Assembly (NCBI GenBank): GCA_024698685.1 | Contig: JAILQZ010000012.1 | Span: 1 to 61,456, forward strand | DNA: 61,456 nucleotides | Source: a bacterium | GTDB lineage: Bacteria > Actinomycetota > Coriobacteriia > Coriobacteriales > CADBOM01 | Direction: 5' to 3' | In this document: one piece after another, positions 51,282 to 61,381 of the stretch | Position numbering within the stretch: position 1 is the stretch's first letter | How the letters are laid out: each line of letters opens with the position of its first letter | Made by a program: the position numbers and the translations under genes | The notes under the pieces: model-generated | What the model saw: the letters and a program-made list of their open reading frames with translations, nothing else | Database searches by the model: none | Told to the model about the DNA's origin: nothing

Positions 51282-52283
51282 CTAGAGGTTGTGCTCCTTC
51301 CAATAGACCTTGCTGTACTCGTCTATGCACTCGTTCATGTAGTCGTACACGCCGGGGAACGTGGAGACGCCCAGACCCTGGGAGGCGCCGGGGATGAAGT
51401 AGAGCGGACCGTTCTCGTCGCATGCGCGCTTGACCTGGTATTGGATCTCCTCCTTGGTCCAATCCGGATGGTCGACCGTTGCGGAGTTGATGCCGCCCAT
51501 GAAGGTGATCTGGCCGCCGTACTTCTCGATGCACTTGGGGATGTCGTTTTCGGTGAGGACGCCCTGCCAGACGTCGATGCCCATCTCGATCATGTAGGGG
51601 ACGATCGTAGCGGCAAAGGAGTCGGAGTGGTGCGCGATGAGCTCGACACCGCGGCTCTTCCAGTATCCGTAGACCTCCTTGTAGGGCTCGAGGAAGAACT
51701 CGGCGAACATGTCGGGGGAGACGAAGGTGGAGATCTGCGTGCCCCAGTCGTCGTGGTGGAATAGGCCGTCGGGATGCAGGTGGTCGCAAGTGACCCTCGC
51801 CAGCTCGAGCTCCCACTCGGTGATGTACTTGATGAGCTCCTTGAGCTCGTCGGGAGACTCGTAGAAGGCGCAGAGCACGTTGGAGATCTCGCACAGGTAG
51901 TGGCACATCTCGAAGATTCCGGGGGCGACGAAGGGCATCAGGAACTGCTGCTTGCGATCGATCTTCTCGGCCGCCTCGATGTCTTTCTCCCATTCGGCCT
52001 CGGAGAACTGCAGCGACGGAGCCTTGACGTACTCCTTCCAGTCGTCGATGTCCTTGACCAGAATCTTCTCGGGGGTGTGGACCGGGAAGGCACCGGGCTG
52101 GCCCTCTGCCCACGAAACAGTGACGCCCCAGTTGTTGACCTTGTTGAGCTCGCCGTACTTGGGGTTGTTGCGTGAGCGATGCGCGGCGGTGAAGATGATG
52201 CCGAATGCCTCGAACTGCTTGACGAAGCGCTCCGGCTTTCCGCCCTTCATTACTTCGATGAGGTTCTCGCGCGGTGTGAGCAT
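51282..52283 (-). CDS. UroD/MtaA-CmuA superfamily protein (corrinoid methyltransferase-like)
   Basis: MLTPREN, WGV.., GIFE.CH, HHDDWG, HHSDS, FMGGI. Confidence 0.82.
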   Translation of the reverse strand: MLTPRENLIEVMKGGKPERFVKQFEAFGIIFTAAHRSRNNPKYGELNKVNNWGVTVSWAEGQPGAFPVHTPEKILVKDIDDWKEYVKAPSLQFSEAEWEKDIEAAEKIDRKQQFLMPFVAPGIFEMCHYLCEISNVLCAFYESPDELKELIKYITEWELELARVTCDHLHPDGLFHHDDWGTQISTFVSPDMFAEFFLEPYKEVYGYWKSRGVELIAHHSDSFAATIVPYMIEMGIDVWQGVLTENDIPKCIEKYGGQITFMGGINSATVDHPDWTKEEIQYQVKRACDENGPLYFIPGASQGLGVSTFPGVYDYMNECIDEYSKVYWKEHNL

Positions 52284-52539
52284 ATGTTGACTCCTTTCAT
52301 CCCCCGCGCGCTTCCTTGCGCTTGTGCGCGCTGGGGGTTCCCAACCATTCGACAAGAGGGCACAAAAAAGAAAGCACGCCCTCTCACGTTGCTTTCCCCT
52401 TTCTTAGCAGAACATCTTACAATTGGCAAGCGCGCAAGCCTCTGCGGGAACCGATGAAGGCTGGCCTGCTCATGGCCTTTGAGGCATAATCGAATCAGCG
52501 CTCAGCCGGCATCCATTCGATTCGATACATGGGGCGGAC

Positions 52540-53376
52540 ATGATGTTCGAAAACCGAGAGCTGAAGACCGAATATGGCGAGATTCGCTATTGGGTGAGAG
52601 CCTCCGCTGGCCCCAATGCGCCTTGGCTAGTCTTCCTTCCCGGCCTCACCGCGGACCATCATCTGTTCGATCCTCAGTTAGAGCACTTCTCGCAGCGATT
52701 CAATTGCCTGACATGGGACCCGCCGAATCATGGCGTTTCTCGCCCTTGGACCGGGGGAATCGGGCTCGATGAGTGCGCCGAGCTGCTCAAGCGGATCATG
52801 GAGGAAGCCGGGGTTTCCAGCCCCGTGCTCGTTGGCCAGTCCAATGGCGGGTATCTCAGCCAGGCGTTCATGGAGCTTTATCCGGACGTTGCGGCGGGGT
52901 TCGTCTCGGTCGATTCCTGCCCGCTTAAACGCGAATACTATGCGGGCTGGGAGCTCTGGGCGCTCAAGCATACCTACGCAATGTACATGTGCATTCCCTG
53001 GGGCTTGCTCGTAGCGTGGGCTGGCAATGGGGTTGCCACCACTGATACGGGAAAGCAGTACATGAAAGGGCTGATGCGCAGCTACGAGAAGCGCGACTAC
53101 TGCAGGCTCGCCGCGCAAGGATACCGCGCTTTGGCCGAGGCTGTCGACGCGCGCCGTCCATATCAGATCGACTGCCCAGTGCAGCTCATCTGCGGAGAGG
53201 AGGATCGGGCGGGCTCTGCCAAGCGCTACAACCGCGAATGGACCGCTCGCGAGGGATTTCCGATGGCATGGATTCCCAACGCTGGCCATAACTCCACGCT
53301 GGACGCACCCGAGCGGGTCAACGCCGCCATCGATGCGTTTCTCGATAGGATTTTCGAGGGGATGCCGCGCGACTAG
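52540..53376 (+). CDS. Alpha/beta hydrolase
   Basis: FLPGL, D.P.HG.S, GQSNGG nucleophile elbow, GEED, AGHNS. Confidence 0.9.
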   Translation: MMFENRELKTEYGEIRYWVRASAGPNAPWLVFLPGLTADHHLFDPQLEHFSQRFNCLTWDPPNHGVSRPWTGGIGLDECAELLKRIMEEAGVSSPVLVGQSNGGYLSQAFMELYPDVAAGFVSVDSCPLKREYYAGWELWALKHTYAMYMCIPWGLLVAWAGNGVATTDTGKQYMKGLMRSYEKRDYCRLAAQGYRALAEAVDARRPYQIDCPVQLICGEEDRAGSAKRYNREWTAREGFPMAWIPNAGHNSTLDAPERVNAAIDAFLDRIFEGMPRD

Positions 53377-53414
53377 CGGGCTTTCTCGGGGCCTGGCCCG
53401 GCCAAGCGCGCAGG

Positions 53415-54197
53415 CTAGCTCCTGTAGCTTCTGAAGAAGGCCTGCGTCTCCGGATCGGTGGAGTTGTCCATAACCTCCTCTGGCGTGCCGTTCTCGGCAA
53501 CCTTGCCGTTGCGCAGCAGGATGATGCGGTCTGCCGCGCTGCGCGCGAAGTGCATCTCGTGCGTCGCCATGAGGATAGTAGCGCCCTGATCCTTGAGTTC
53601 CTCGACCATTTCGAGCACCTCGCCGACGAGCAGCGGGTCGAGCGCCGATGTGATCTCGTCGAGAAGCAGCAGCTCCGGATCCATCATGAGGGCGCGAACG
53701 ATCGCCACGCGCTGTTGCTGGCCGCCGGAGAGGCGGTCGGGGTATTCCTTGGCCTTATGGTCCATGCCGATGCGCTTGAGCAGCTCCATGGCCTTGTCGT
53801 TCGCGCGCTCCTTGTCCCAATTGAACACCTTGCGTGCGGCGAGCGTGACGTTCTTCAGCACCGACATGTGCGAGAAGAGGTTGAAGTGCTGGAAGACGAC
53901 GCCGATGCGAGCGCGGACCTCGTCCGAATCGACGCGCGGATCGGTGATGTCGAGATCACCCAGCCAAATTTGCCCGTCGCTGACCTGTTCGAGCAGGTTG
54001 ACGCACTTCATCAGCGTCGACTTGCCCGAGCCCGAAGCGCCGAGCATCGCGACGGTTTCGTGCTTGTTCACGTCGAACGAGATGTGGTCGAGCACGGTGT
54101 TGTCGCCAAAGCGCTTGACGACGTTGTCGATGCGCAGGACCGCCTTCTCCTCGCGTTGCTGCGGAGTGGCCGCGTTGGCTATGATCTCGTAAGCCAT
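53415..54197 (-). CDS. Polar amino acid ABC transporter ATP-binding protein
   Basis: GASGSGKST, LSGGQQQR, LLDEITSALDP, THEM. Confidence 0.95.
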   Translation of the reverse strand: MAYEIIANAATPQQREEKAVLRIDNVVKRFGDNTVLDHISFDVNKHETVAMLGASGSGKSTLMKCVNLLEQVSDGQIWLGDLDITDPRVDSDEVRARIGVVFQHFNLFSHMSVLKNVTLAARKVFNWDKERANDKAMELLKRIGMDHKAKEYPDRLSGGQQQRVAIVRALMMDPELLLLDEITSALDPLLVGEVLEMVEELKDQGATILMATHEMHFARSAADRIILLRNGKVAENGTPEEVMDNSTDPETQAFFRSYRS

Positions 54198-55057
54198 CAC
54201 ACCATTCCTCCAGTCTGCTCGCGCTTGCGGAGCTTTGCCGTGTACCAGTCGTTGATGATGACGAACGGGACGCTCAAGAGGATGAACAGGACGCTGGCAA
54301 CGATGTAGGGCGTGAAGTTGAAGGTGAGCGCAACCTGCACCTGGGCGGCGCGAACGGCGTCGATGGCGCCAAGCGTCGAGATCAAGCCGACGTCCTTCTG
54401 CATCGCGATGAAGTCGTTCATGAGGGCCGGGGCGATCTTGCGAAGCGCCTGCGGGATGATGACGAGCCTCACAGTTTGCCCGCTCGTGAGGCCGAGCGAT
54501 CTGGCCGAGGCGCGCTGCTGCGGGCTGACGTCTTGGAAGCCTGCGCGCAGAACCTCGGCGATATAGGCGGAGTAGGACATCGTGACAGCTATGGTGCCGA
54601 GGACCTCGACGGGAATGCGACCGAAGATTCCCAACCCCGGTATGCCGAAGCCGATGATGTACAGGACGACGAGCATCGGGATGCCTCGCATGATCGTCGT
54701 GTATGCCTGCGCGAGAATGCGCAAGGGGAAGAGCACTGCCGACTTGCTGATCCTGATGACGGCGATCAGGGTTCCTAAGACCGCGGTGCCGATAAGCGAG
54801 TAGATCAGCACTCGAACGTTGAGCCACAGGCCTTGGAGCACGATGGGGAATGACTTGGCGAACTGCTCCCCGCTGAAGAAGGTGTGCTGCACGCGCGGCC
54901 AGCCAGGGGCGAAATGCAGCGTGAGCATGATGGCCGCAGCGAGAACCAGCGTGCTTACGATGCTGATGATGATCGATCGAGTGCCTTGCCGCTTGCGGAA
55001 GGCCTGGCGCTCTTGTTCGACTGGGCTGACCGCGTAGACGGTCTCTTCTTTCCTCAC
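54197..55057 (-). CDS. Polar amino acid ABC transporter permease
   Basis: RGIP, AYIAEVLRAG..Q..ARSLGL..IIPQA, KD; TGATG overlap; GTG start tentative. Confidence 0.92.
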   Translation of the reverse strand: MRKEETVYAVSPVEQERQAFRKRQGTRSIIISIVSTLVLAAAIMLTLHFAPGWPRVQHTFFSGEQFAKSFPIVLQGLWLNVRVLIYSLIGTAVLGTLIAVIRISKSAVLFPLRILAQAYTTIMRGIPMLVVLYIIGFGIPGLGIFGRIPVEVLGTIAVTMSYSAYIAEVLRAGFQDVSPQQRASARSLGLTSGQTVRLVIIPQALRKIAPALMNDFIAMQKDVGLISTLGAIDAVRAAQVQVALTFNFTPYIVASVLFILLSVPFVIINDWYTAKLRKREQTGGMV

Positions 55058-55117
55058 CCTGCTACCACCTGATCGGGAAGCCTCCCGAGCGGGTTGCCCG
55101 GGAGGCTTGTGCAAAAA

Positions 55118-55996
55118 CTACTCTGCGAGAACCGGGACTTCGATGGTGTAGTCTGCCATCCACTCTTGGACGAGCTTGTCCAGCGTACCATCCTTCTGGA
55201 GCTCATCGACAGCGGCGGAGACGGCATCGGTCAGAGGGGAATCCTTCGGAAGCAGGAATGCCAGAGGATCGGCCTCGGATCCAGGGATCTGGCCGATGAG
55301 CTTGGCAGCTGCGAGCTCTTCCATCTCAGGATCTGCCATGTAGACAGCCGTTGGGGTGTCGAGGATGATTCCATCGATCTGATGTGCGTTCAGAGCGGCC
55401 GCGGCATCAGCGTTGGAGTTGAAGACCTGGATGTTCTTGTTGACCTTATCCATGCCCCAAGTGTAGGAGGTCGAGCCTGCCTCGGCGCCGAGAACGGCAT
55501 CTCCGAGCTCAGCGAGGCTCGTTGCATTCGCATACTTGTCGTGGCCAGGTGCGGCATCGACCACGATCGACTGAGAGGGCGTGAAGTACGGCGAGCTGAA
55601 GTCGACGGCTGCCTTGCGCTCCTCGGTGACGCTGAACTGCTGGATGTTCATATCCCAGTCCTTGGCACCAGGCGTGATGGCCTCATCGAATCCGGTGCGG
55701 ACCCAGACGACCTGATCCTTGCTGAAGCCCATCTTCTCGGCGACTGCATATGCGACGGCTGCCTCGAAGCCCTCTCCGGACTCCGGGGCATCATTCATGA
55801 CATACGGCGGCCAAGCGGGATTGCCCGTGGCAATCGTCAGCGTGCCGGGATTTACGGTGACATCGGCGACGCTTTCGCCCGATGCGGTCTTGCTGGCATC
55901 CTGGCCACCAGAGCATCCCGCCAGCGCGAGGGCTCCGACCAGTGCGAAGCATGCGCACAGGACGACGATCATCTTGCGTTTACTGAAACCAGACAT
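55118..55996 (-). CDS. Polar amino acid ABC substrate-binding lipoprotein
   Basis: Lipobox LAGC, GFE..VA, ERK..VDFS.PY, DGTL..L..W. Confidence 0.92.
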   Translation of the reverse strand: MSGFSKRKMIVVLCACFALVGALALAGCSGGQDASKTASGESVADVTVNPGTLTIATGNPAWPPYVMNDAPESGEGFEAAVAYAVAEKMGFSKDQVVWVRTGFDEAITPGAKDWDMNIQQFSVTEERKAAVDFSSPYFTPSQSIVVDAAPGHDKYANATSLAELGDAVLGAEAGSTSYTWGMDKVNKNIQVFNSNADAAAALNAHQIDGIILDTPTAVYMADPEMEELAAAKLIGQIPGSEADPLAFLLPKDSPLTDAVSAAVDELQKDGTLDKLVQEWMADYTIEVPVLAE

Positions 55997-56139
55997 AGCA
56001 AGTAACCTCCAAATCTCCCATTATTCGAATCTGCCCGCGCGACCTTGCTGTTTCGCGTGGTTTTCCAACAAGTACAAGAATACTCCAAAAGCCTGCGTTG
56101 TGCGGCGGGACCAGGGTTCAAATCGAGTGGATTTCAGGA

Positions 56140-56181
56140 GCAAAGCAAAGGAGGCCCGCAGCTTTGCAGAGCCTCCTTTGC
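56140..56181 (-). terminator. Hairpin terminator after lipoprotein gene
   Basis: GCAAAGGAGGC..GCCTCCTTTGC inverted repeat. Confidence 0.6.
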
Positions 56182-56203
56182 TTGCGATTTGCGAATTCGA
56201 GCG

Positions 56204-56746
56204 CTACTTCAGCGCGGCGCAATAGGCTGCGAGGTCGGCAGCTGGAATGCCGAAGTCCTCCTCGCCGCCAAGCGCGATGGCCATGACGGCATAGTCGTAG
56301 TCGCCGTTTGTCCAGATGACTTTGGCGGCCTTATCGGGAGCAGGGCCGAAGCATTTCACGCTGAGCCCCAAGCCATCGAGGGTTGCGTCCCATTCTTCCG
56401 CATATTTGTTGTAGTCGCCGGAGATATCACCGGCGTTCTCCTCGTCTATGTTCCCCTTGCGGACCACGATGTTCGCAGCGGGATACTCGTAGGTGACCTC
56501 GACCAGGCCCTCCATAGCGCGGTAGCTCACGGACACGGGCTCTCCAAGCCAGCTCTCAGGAGCCTCGACAGCTTGGAATTCCACACCGGCTACGGTTGCG
56601 GCCTGCTCGGCGCTCTCCGCGTCGGTCCAGGGGTTCGCGATCTCGGACTCGCCCTCTCCCTCTTCGGACGATCCGCCCGAGCAGGCCGCGAGGCCCAGGC
56701 AGCACAGCAGCGCTACGCATGATGCAACAATAAGAAGCTTCTTCAT
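56204..56746 (-). CDS. Hypothetical lipoprotein
   Basis: MKK signal, LAAC lipobox, IANPW and DISGDYNKY motifs; AAAGGAG RBS. Confidence 0.8.
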   Translation of the reverse strand: MKKLLIVASCVALLCCLGLAACSGGSSEEGEGESEIANPWTDAESAEQAATVAGVEFQAVEAPESWLGEPVSVSYRAMEGLVEVTYEYPAANIVVRKGNIDEENAGDISGDYNKYAEEWDATLDGLGLSVKCFGPAPDKAAKVIWTNGDYDYAVMAIALGGEEDFGIPAADLAAYCAALK

Positions 56747-56904
56747 CGCTACTCCTTTCAACGGGTTCCAATCGATGCCATACAGGTTCATTTTAGCTCA
56801 AAAGCGCAGGGAGCCGCCCGATGATTCGAGCGGCTCCCCGTTTCGATAAGGTGTATCTCGTGCCGGAATATCCGACATAGAGCGGCCTTGCGCCCAAGCG
56901 GGCT

Positions 56905-57357
56905 CTAGAGGCCGGTGTCCTCGCGGTCGACCCCGCCTTGCCCAAGAGCATCATCGAGGCTCGCGTCGGCTGCGGCCTGAGCCGCCTTGTCATAGGCGAT
57001 GATGTCCACCTTGCCCTGCGCGTCGTTTGCCGTGATGACAACATCGAACTCGCCGTTTGCATCGATGAAGTTGGCGATGTTGTCCTCGACGTCACCGTCG
57101 AAGACGACCTCGTCAGTGGCGGCGTTGGTGATCGTCACATGGAAAGAGCCCTTGTCGACGATGTGGTTGATGCAGATTCCCTCTTCTGGAGCGATGGTGA
57201 TGCTTCCGGTGCCGGAGCCCTCAGCCGTTCCTTCGGCAACTGCGTGAATGCCGGCATCGTCGGTCTCCACGCCGAGTTGCGATCTGCTGCATGCCGCGAG
57301 CGCAAGCGCCATCACCATGACCATTGCTGCAACGATTGCGAGGGTTCTCTTCTTCAC
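56905..57357 (-). CDS. Hypothetical lipoprotein
   Basis: GTG start, KKR signal, LAAC lipobox, beta-rich acidic mature part. Confidence 0.75.
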   Translation of the reverse strand: MKKRTLAIVAAMVMVMALALAACSRSQLGVETDDAGIHAVAEGTAEGSGTGSITIAPEEGICINHIVDKGSFHVTITNAATDEVVFDGDVEDNIANFIDANGEFDVVITANDAQGKVDIIAYDKAAQAAADASLDDALGQGGVDREDTGL

Positions 57358-57480
57358 GTCTGTCCTTCCTTTCCGTGCGGCTGAAAGCGCGTGCCTTGCA
57401 GCCAGCAAAAGCGGGCCGCACACGACTGCAGCCCGCCCCTATATGCTTTTACCTGCGGCTTTGCAGGGAGCCACCAGCTC

Positions 57481-57993
57481 CTAGCGTCCGCCGAAGAGCA
57501 GGCTTGCGATGTCTCCGAAGTCGAGGCCGCCGCCCTGCTGCGCTCCGCCTCCGCGCTTCATGGCCGCCTCATAGCCAGCCTGATAGCCCGCGTCGTAGTT
57601 GTTCTGGGCACTGGGTTGCTGGGAGCCGCCGCCGAAGAGCGAGCCGCCGAGGCTGAGAATGTTGGAGAGGATGTCGTCGCCAACGCCCTGGCTCATGTTG
57701 ACGCCAGCCGAGTGGCCGGAGCCAAGCAGCATATCGGCCATGCTGTGGACGCTGTTGTCGCTCGATCCGAGCAGCATCTGGGCGATGCCTGCGAGGTTGC
57801 CGAGGTCGATCTGCTGGCCGCGAGCCGCCGCAGCGGTTCCGGCGACGACCTGGCTGGCCTGCTCGCGAGAGATGTCCTGCAAGCCGGTGACGCCGCGAAT
57901 CGTCGAATACGGATGCTCGACGAGCTGCGAGAGAATGTCGGGCTCCTTCTGAGCGCTTCCCAAAAGCATCGAGATCATATCTTGGATATCCAT
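57481..57993 (-). CDS. Hypothetical Gly/Gln/Ser-rich protein
   Basis: GGGAGG RBS, host-like codons, GLDFGDIASLLFGG C-terminus. Confidence 0.7.
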   Translation of the reverse strand: MDIQDMISMLLGSAQKEPDILSQLVEHPYSTIRGVTGLQDISREQASQVVAGTAAAARGQQIDLGNLAGIAQMLLGSSDNSVHSMADMLLGSGHSAGVNMSQGVGDDILSNILSLGGSLFGGGSQQPSAQNNYDAGYQAGYEAAMKRGGGAQQGGGLDFGDIASLLFGGR

Positions 57994-58190
57994 GTGTCCT
58001 CCCTGGTTCTAGGTTCGCGGCCGAACCGGCCACGCTTGAATCGGTTGCTGAACGCTACACGAGGATTATACCGCGCCCGCAAATTCCGAAAGGCTTCAAT
58101 GAAATGTTTTTTAACCTTTTCAACTGCGTCGCTTCGCCTGCGGAAATTGGCTACCATATTGCATCGAAGGGGATCTTAAGGGGGGACGGC

Positions 58191-58991
58191 ATGATCTTCT
58201 ACTTCTCGGGAACGGGCAACAGCCTCTATGTAGCACGCGAGATAGCCTCCGCTCTCCGCGATGAGGCGCGCAGCATTCCACAGGCGATCCACGACGCTTC
58301 CAAGGCCTACGAGGGGGAGCGCATCGGAATCGTTGCGCCGCTGTACGGCTACGATGTGCCGGAGATGGTAAAGCGGTTCATGCGCGAGGCCGCCTTCGAC
58401 ACAGACTACCTCTTCTTCGTCTTCACCTATGGCAACCGCCATGGAATCTGCAGCGAGCTGGCGTGCAGCCGCATGGCTTCCCGCGGCATCGAGGTTGCGT
58501 ACACCGCCACGATCATCATGGCCGACAACTGGTTGCCCGGCTTCGATATGGACAGGCAGCGCATGGAGGACAAGGGCATCGAGGAAAACCTCGCGGCGAT
58601 CGTCTCCGACCTGTGCGGCAAGGTGCGCCGCATAGAGCGCGCAACCGAGGCTGGTCGGGCAGAGTTCGCCGAGTACCTCGAGCTTGGCATCGAGTACAGC
58701 GGAGAGACGCTGCAGGGCTTCCTGCACATGGTGGGGGAGCGCTGCGTGGGCTGCGGAACCTGCGCGCGGGTCTGCCCGGCTGGTTGCATCGCCTTGAAGG
58801 ACGGTAGAGCGCAGCGCGACTCGCTTGCAGGTCTGGGCTGCAACGGGTGCCTCGCTTGCATACACGCATGCCCCGCCCATGCCATAGAGATGGAGCTTCC
58901 CGAGATCAATCCCGCCGCCCGCTTCCGCAACGAGCATGTTGGCATTGCCGAGCTCATGGAGGCAAATTCGCAGTACAATTCGATAGATTAG
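58191..58991 (+). CDS. Flavodoxin + 4Fe-4S dicluster protein (EFR1 family)
   Basis: IFYFSGTGNS, TYG, CVGCGTCARVCP, CNGCLACIHACP. Confidence 0.9.
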   Translation: MIFYFSGTGNSLYVAREIASALRDEARSIPQAIHDASKAYEGERIGIVAPLYGYDVPEMVKRFMREAAFDTDYLFFVFTYGNRHGICSELACSRMASRGIEVAYTATIIMADNWLPGFDMDRQRMEDKGIEENLAAIVSDLCGKVRRIERATEAGRAEFAEYLELGIEYSGETLQGFLHMVGERCVGCGTCARVCPAGCIALKDGRAQRDSLAGLGCNGCLACIHACPAHAIEMELPEINPAARFRNEHVGIAELMEANSQYNSID

Positions 58992-59034
58992 GAACGGCTC
59001 TAGACAGGAACGGCTGAAAGAAAGGGGGATTTCA

Positions 59035-60543
59035 ATGGAAGCACTGGTTAACATAACCGACGCCATCGACGGTTACATGTATACCTACTTCCTGGTGTTC
59101 CTTCTCATCGGCACTGGAATCTACTTCACCATCAGGACGAAGGGAGTCCAGTTCCGCTACATCAAGGAGATGTTCAAGGTCATCACCGAGAAGAAGCACG
59201 TGGCCGGCAAGAAGTCGGTCTCGTCGTTCCAGGCGATGATGGTCTCGACGGCGAGTCGCGTCGGCACTGGCAACATCGCGGGAGTGGCGACGGCCATCGC
59301 GTTCGGAGGCCCGGGGGCTGTCTTCTGGATGTGGGTGATGGCGCTGATCAACGGTGCTTCCGCATTCGTCGAATCGACGCTCGCGCAGATCTGGAAGGTT
59401 CGTTCCGCCGAGGGGGAGTTCCGAGGCGGCCCTGCGTACTACATCCAGCAAGCGCTGCACAGCCGAACCCTAGGAGTCATATTCGCGGTTTCGCTGATCC
59501 TCTGCTTCGGCCTAGGATTCAACGGCCTGCAGACCTACAACATGAGCTCCGCGGTCATCCACTACGTTCCCAACTGGACCAGCACCATGGGTCCGATGGC
59601 CCTCGGCCTGCTCCTCGCAGTGGTAATGGCCTTCGTCCTCTTCGGCGGAACGCACCGCATCAGCTTCCTCACCTCGGTCATCGTCCCCATCATGGCCATC
59701 GGCTACCTGATCATGGCGATAGTGATCGCGGTCATGAACGCCGGCGCTCTGCCCGAGGTCTTCGGGATGATCTTCAGGGAGGCGTTCAACTTCAGCGCCA
59801 TAGCGGGCGGTTTCGCTGGCTCGATGATCGTTCAGGGCATCAAGCGCGGCCTTTTCTCCAATGAGGCGGGCATGGGTTCAGCTCCGAACGCTGCGGCTTC
59901 TGCGAGCGTTTCGCATCCTGTCAAGCAGGGTCTGGTCCAGACGCTCTCCGTCTTCATCGACACGATCCTCATCTGCACCTGCTCCGCGGTCATCATCATG
60001 GTCTTCGTCTCCGGCAACGTCGACATGACCCCATGGGGCGGAGCGGCCGAAGGGGTTGCCCTCGCCAACATGCCGCTTGTCCAAGCATCGATGTACAATG
60101 CGCTCGGCAACTTCGGCATCCATTTCATGACGGTCGCGATATTCGCCTTCGCGTTCTCGTCGCTGATCGGCAACTACTTCTACGCCGAGGCCAACCTCAA
60201 GTTCATTTCCACCAACAAGACCCTCCTCACCGTGTTCCGCATCCTCTGCTGCGTGGTCGTCTTCTTCGGAGCGCAGTCGAACCTGATTCTCGCGTGGAAC
60301 CTCGCAGACATCTTCATGGGCATCCAGGCGATCATAAACATCATCGTCATCCTGATATTGGGGAAGTGGGCCTTCAAGGCTCTGGACGATTACACGGCGC
60401 AGAAGAAGCAGGGGCTCAACCCCGTCTTCGTTGCCGACAACTTCCCGGACATGCCGAAGACCGAGTGCTGGCATGAGACTCGCGAGGAGCTTCATGACGT
60501 TGCCAGCGGAATCGTTTTCGGCGGTGGCGAGGAAGACGATTAG
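59035..60543 (+). CDS. Alanine/glycine:cation symporter (AGCS)
   Basis: RVGTGNIAGVA, GGPGAVFWMW, GGPAYY, RGLFSNEAGMGSAP. Confidence 0.95.
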   Translation: MEALVNITDAIDGYMYTYFLVFLLIGTGIYFTIRTKGVQFRYIKEMFKVITEKKHVAGKKSVSSFQAMMVSTASRVGTGNIAGVATAIAFGGPGAVFWMWVMALINGASAFVESTLAQIWKVRSAEGEFRGGPAYYIQQALHSRTLGVIFAVSLILCFGLGFNGLQTYNMSSAVIHYVPNWTSTMGPMALGLLLAVVMAFVLFGGTHRISFLTSVIVPIMAIGYLIMAIVIAVMNAGALPEVFGMIFREAFNFSAIAGGFAGSMIVQGIKRGLFSNEAGMGSAPNAAASASVSHPVKQGLVQTLSVFIDTILICTCSAVIIMVFVSGNVDMTPWGGAAEGVALANMPLVQASMYNALGNFGIHFMTVAIFAFAFSSLIGNYFYAEANLKFISTNKTLLTVFRILCCVVVFFGAQSNLILAWNLADIFMGIQAIINIIVILILGKWAFKALDDYTAQKKQGLNPVFVADNFPDMPKTECWHETREELHDVASGIVFGGGEEDD

Positions 60544-60619
60544 CACGAGACGGCAAGCGCGTCCAACGCGTGCGATTCGATCTCTAACGGCTGGGCGGCT
60601 GCTTATGCGGCCGCCTTCG

Positions 60620-61381
60620 CTATCGGGCGCAATCCCATACAAGCCCGTAGAGCTCGTTGCCAAGCAGCCATCCCTTTGCGGTGGGCGAGACGCTGCCGTC
60701 TCCGTTTAGCTGGGCCAGCTCCTTGGCCAGCGCCCCCTCGACCGCGGTGGCGAGCTCCGGGCATGCGGTTGCGAGCTGGTTCAGGGTGCTTTCGGGAAGT
60801 CCGCGCGACATGCGCAGGCCGAGCATGGCGTCTTCGCAGGCGGCCTCTCGCTCGCTGAGGAATTCGGTTTCCAGCGCGCCCTTTGCCAGGGAGATCCGCG
60901 CTCGGTGCGAGACAGCCGCCCTCTTCAGCAGCTCTTTGCAGTCTATGCCCTCCGACCAACAGTCGAGCGCGCCGCTCTCGAGCAGCTCTTCTAGGTCGGC
61001 TGCATCCAGCATGCTTGCCGCGCCGTAGCCGAGTCCGAGATAGGGTTTGCCGGTCCAATAGGCTGCGTTGTGCCTGCTCTCGCGTCCAGGCAGCGCGTAG
61101 CTCGCCACCTCGTAGCGGGCGAATCCGTGCGCCTCGAGCGTTTTGGCTGCAAGCTCCATATGGCGCGCCTGCACGTCCTCGTCGATATCGGGCAGCTGGC
61201 CGGCTTCGATGCGCGCGCAGAGCGGGGTGCCCTCCTCGATGGTCAGCGAGTAGACGCTCACATGCGTCACGCCTAGTTCGACGAGCTGCTCGATAGTTGA
61301 GATGAGCGATTCATCGCTTTGGCCCATGACCCCGCAGATCACATCTGCCGAGACGTTGTCGAGGTAGCTTTTGGCAAGCCG
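60620..61381 (-). CDS. hemW: HemW/HemN-like radical SAM protein, C-terminal part
   Basis: NVSAD.I.G..GQ, HVSVYSLTIEEGT, YEVASYA, SRHN..YW..YLGLG.GA, MLGLR; N-terminus absent. Confidence 0.8.
   Translation of the reverse strand, partial: RLAKSYLDNVSADVICGVMGQSDESLISTIEQLVELGVTHVSVYSLTIEEGTPLCARIEAGQLPDIDEDVQARHMELAAKTLEAHGFARYEVASYALPGRESRHNAAYWTGKPYLGLGYGAASMLDAADLEELLESGALDCWSEGIDCKELLKRAAVSHRARISLAKGALETEFLSEREAACEDAMLGLRMSRGLPESTLNQLATACPELATAVEGALAKELAQLNGDGSVSPTAKGWLLGNELYGLVWDCAR

Noticed and set aside
49742-52283. Idea that the UroD-type methyltransferase and NCS2 permease form a methylpurine demethylation operon
   Set aside because: A clear terminator and a separate promoter lie between them, and no corrinoid protein or activator is in the window.
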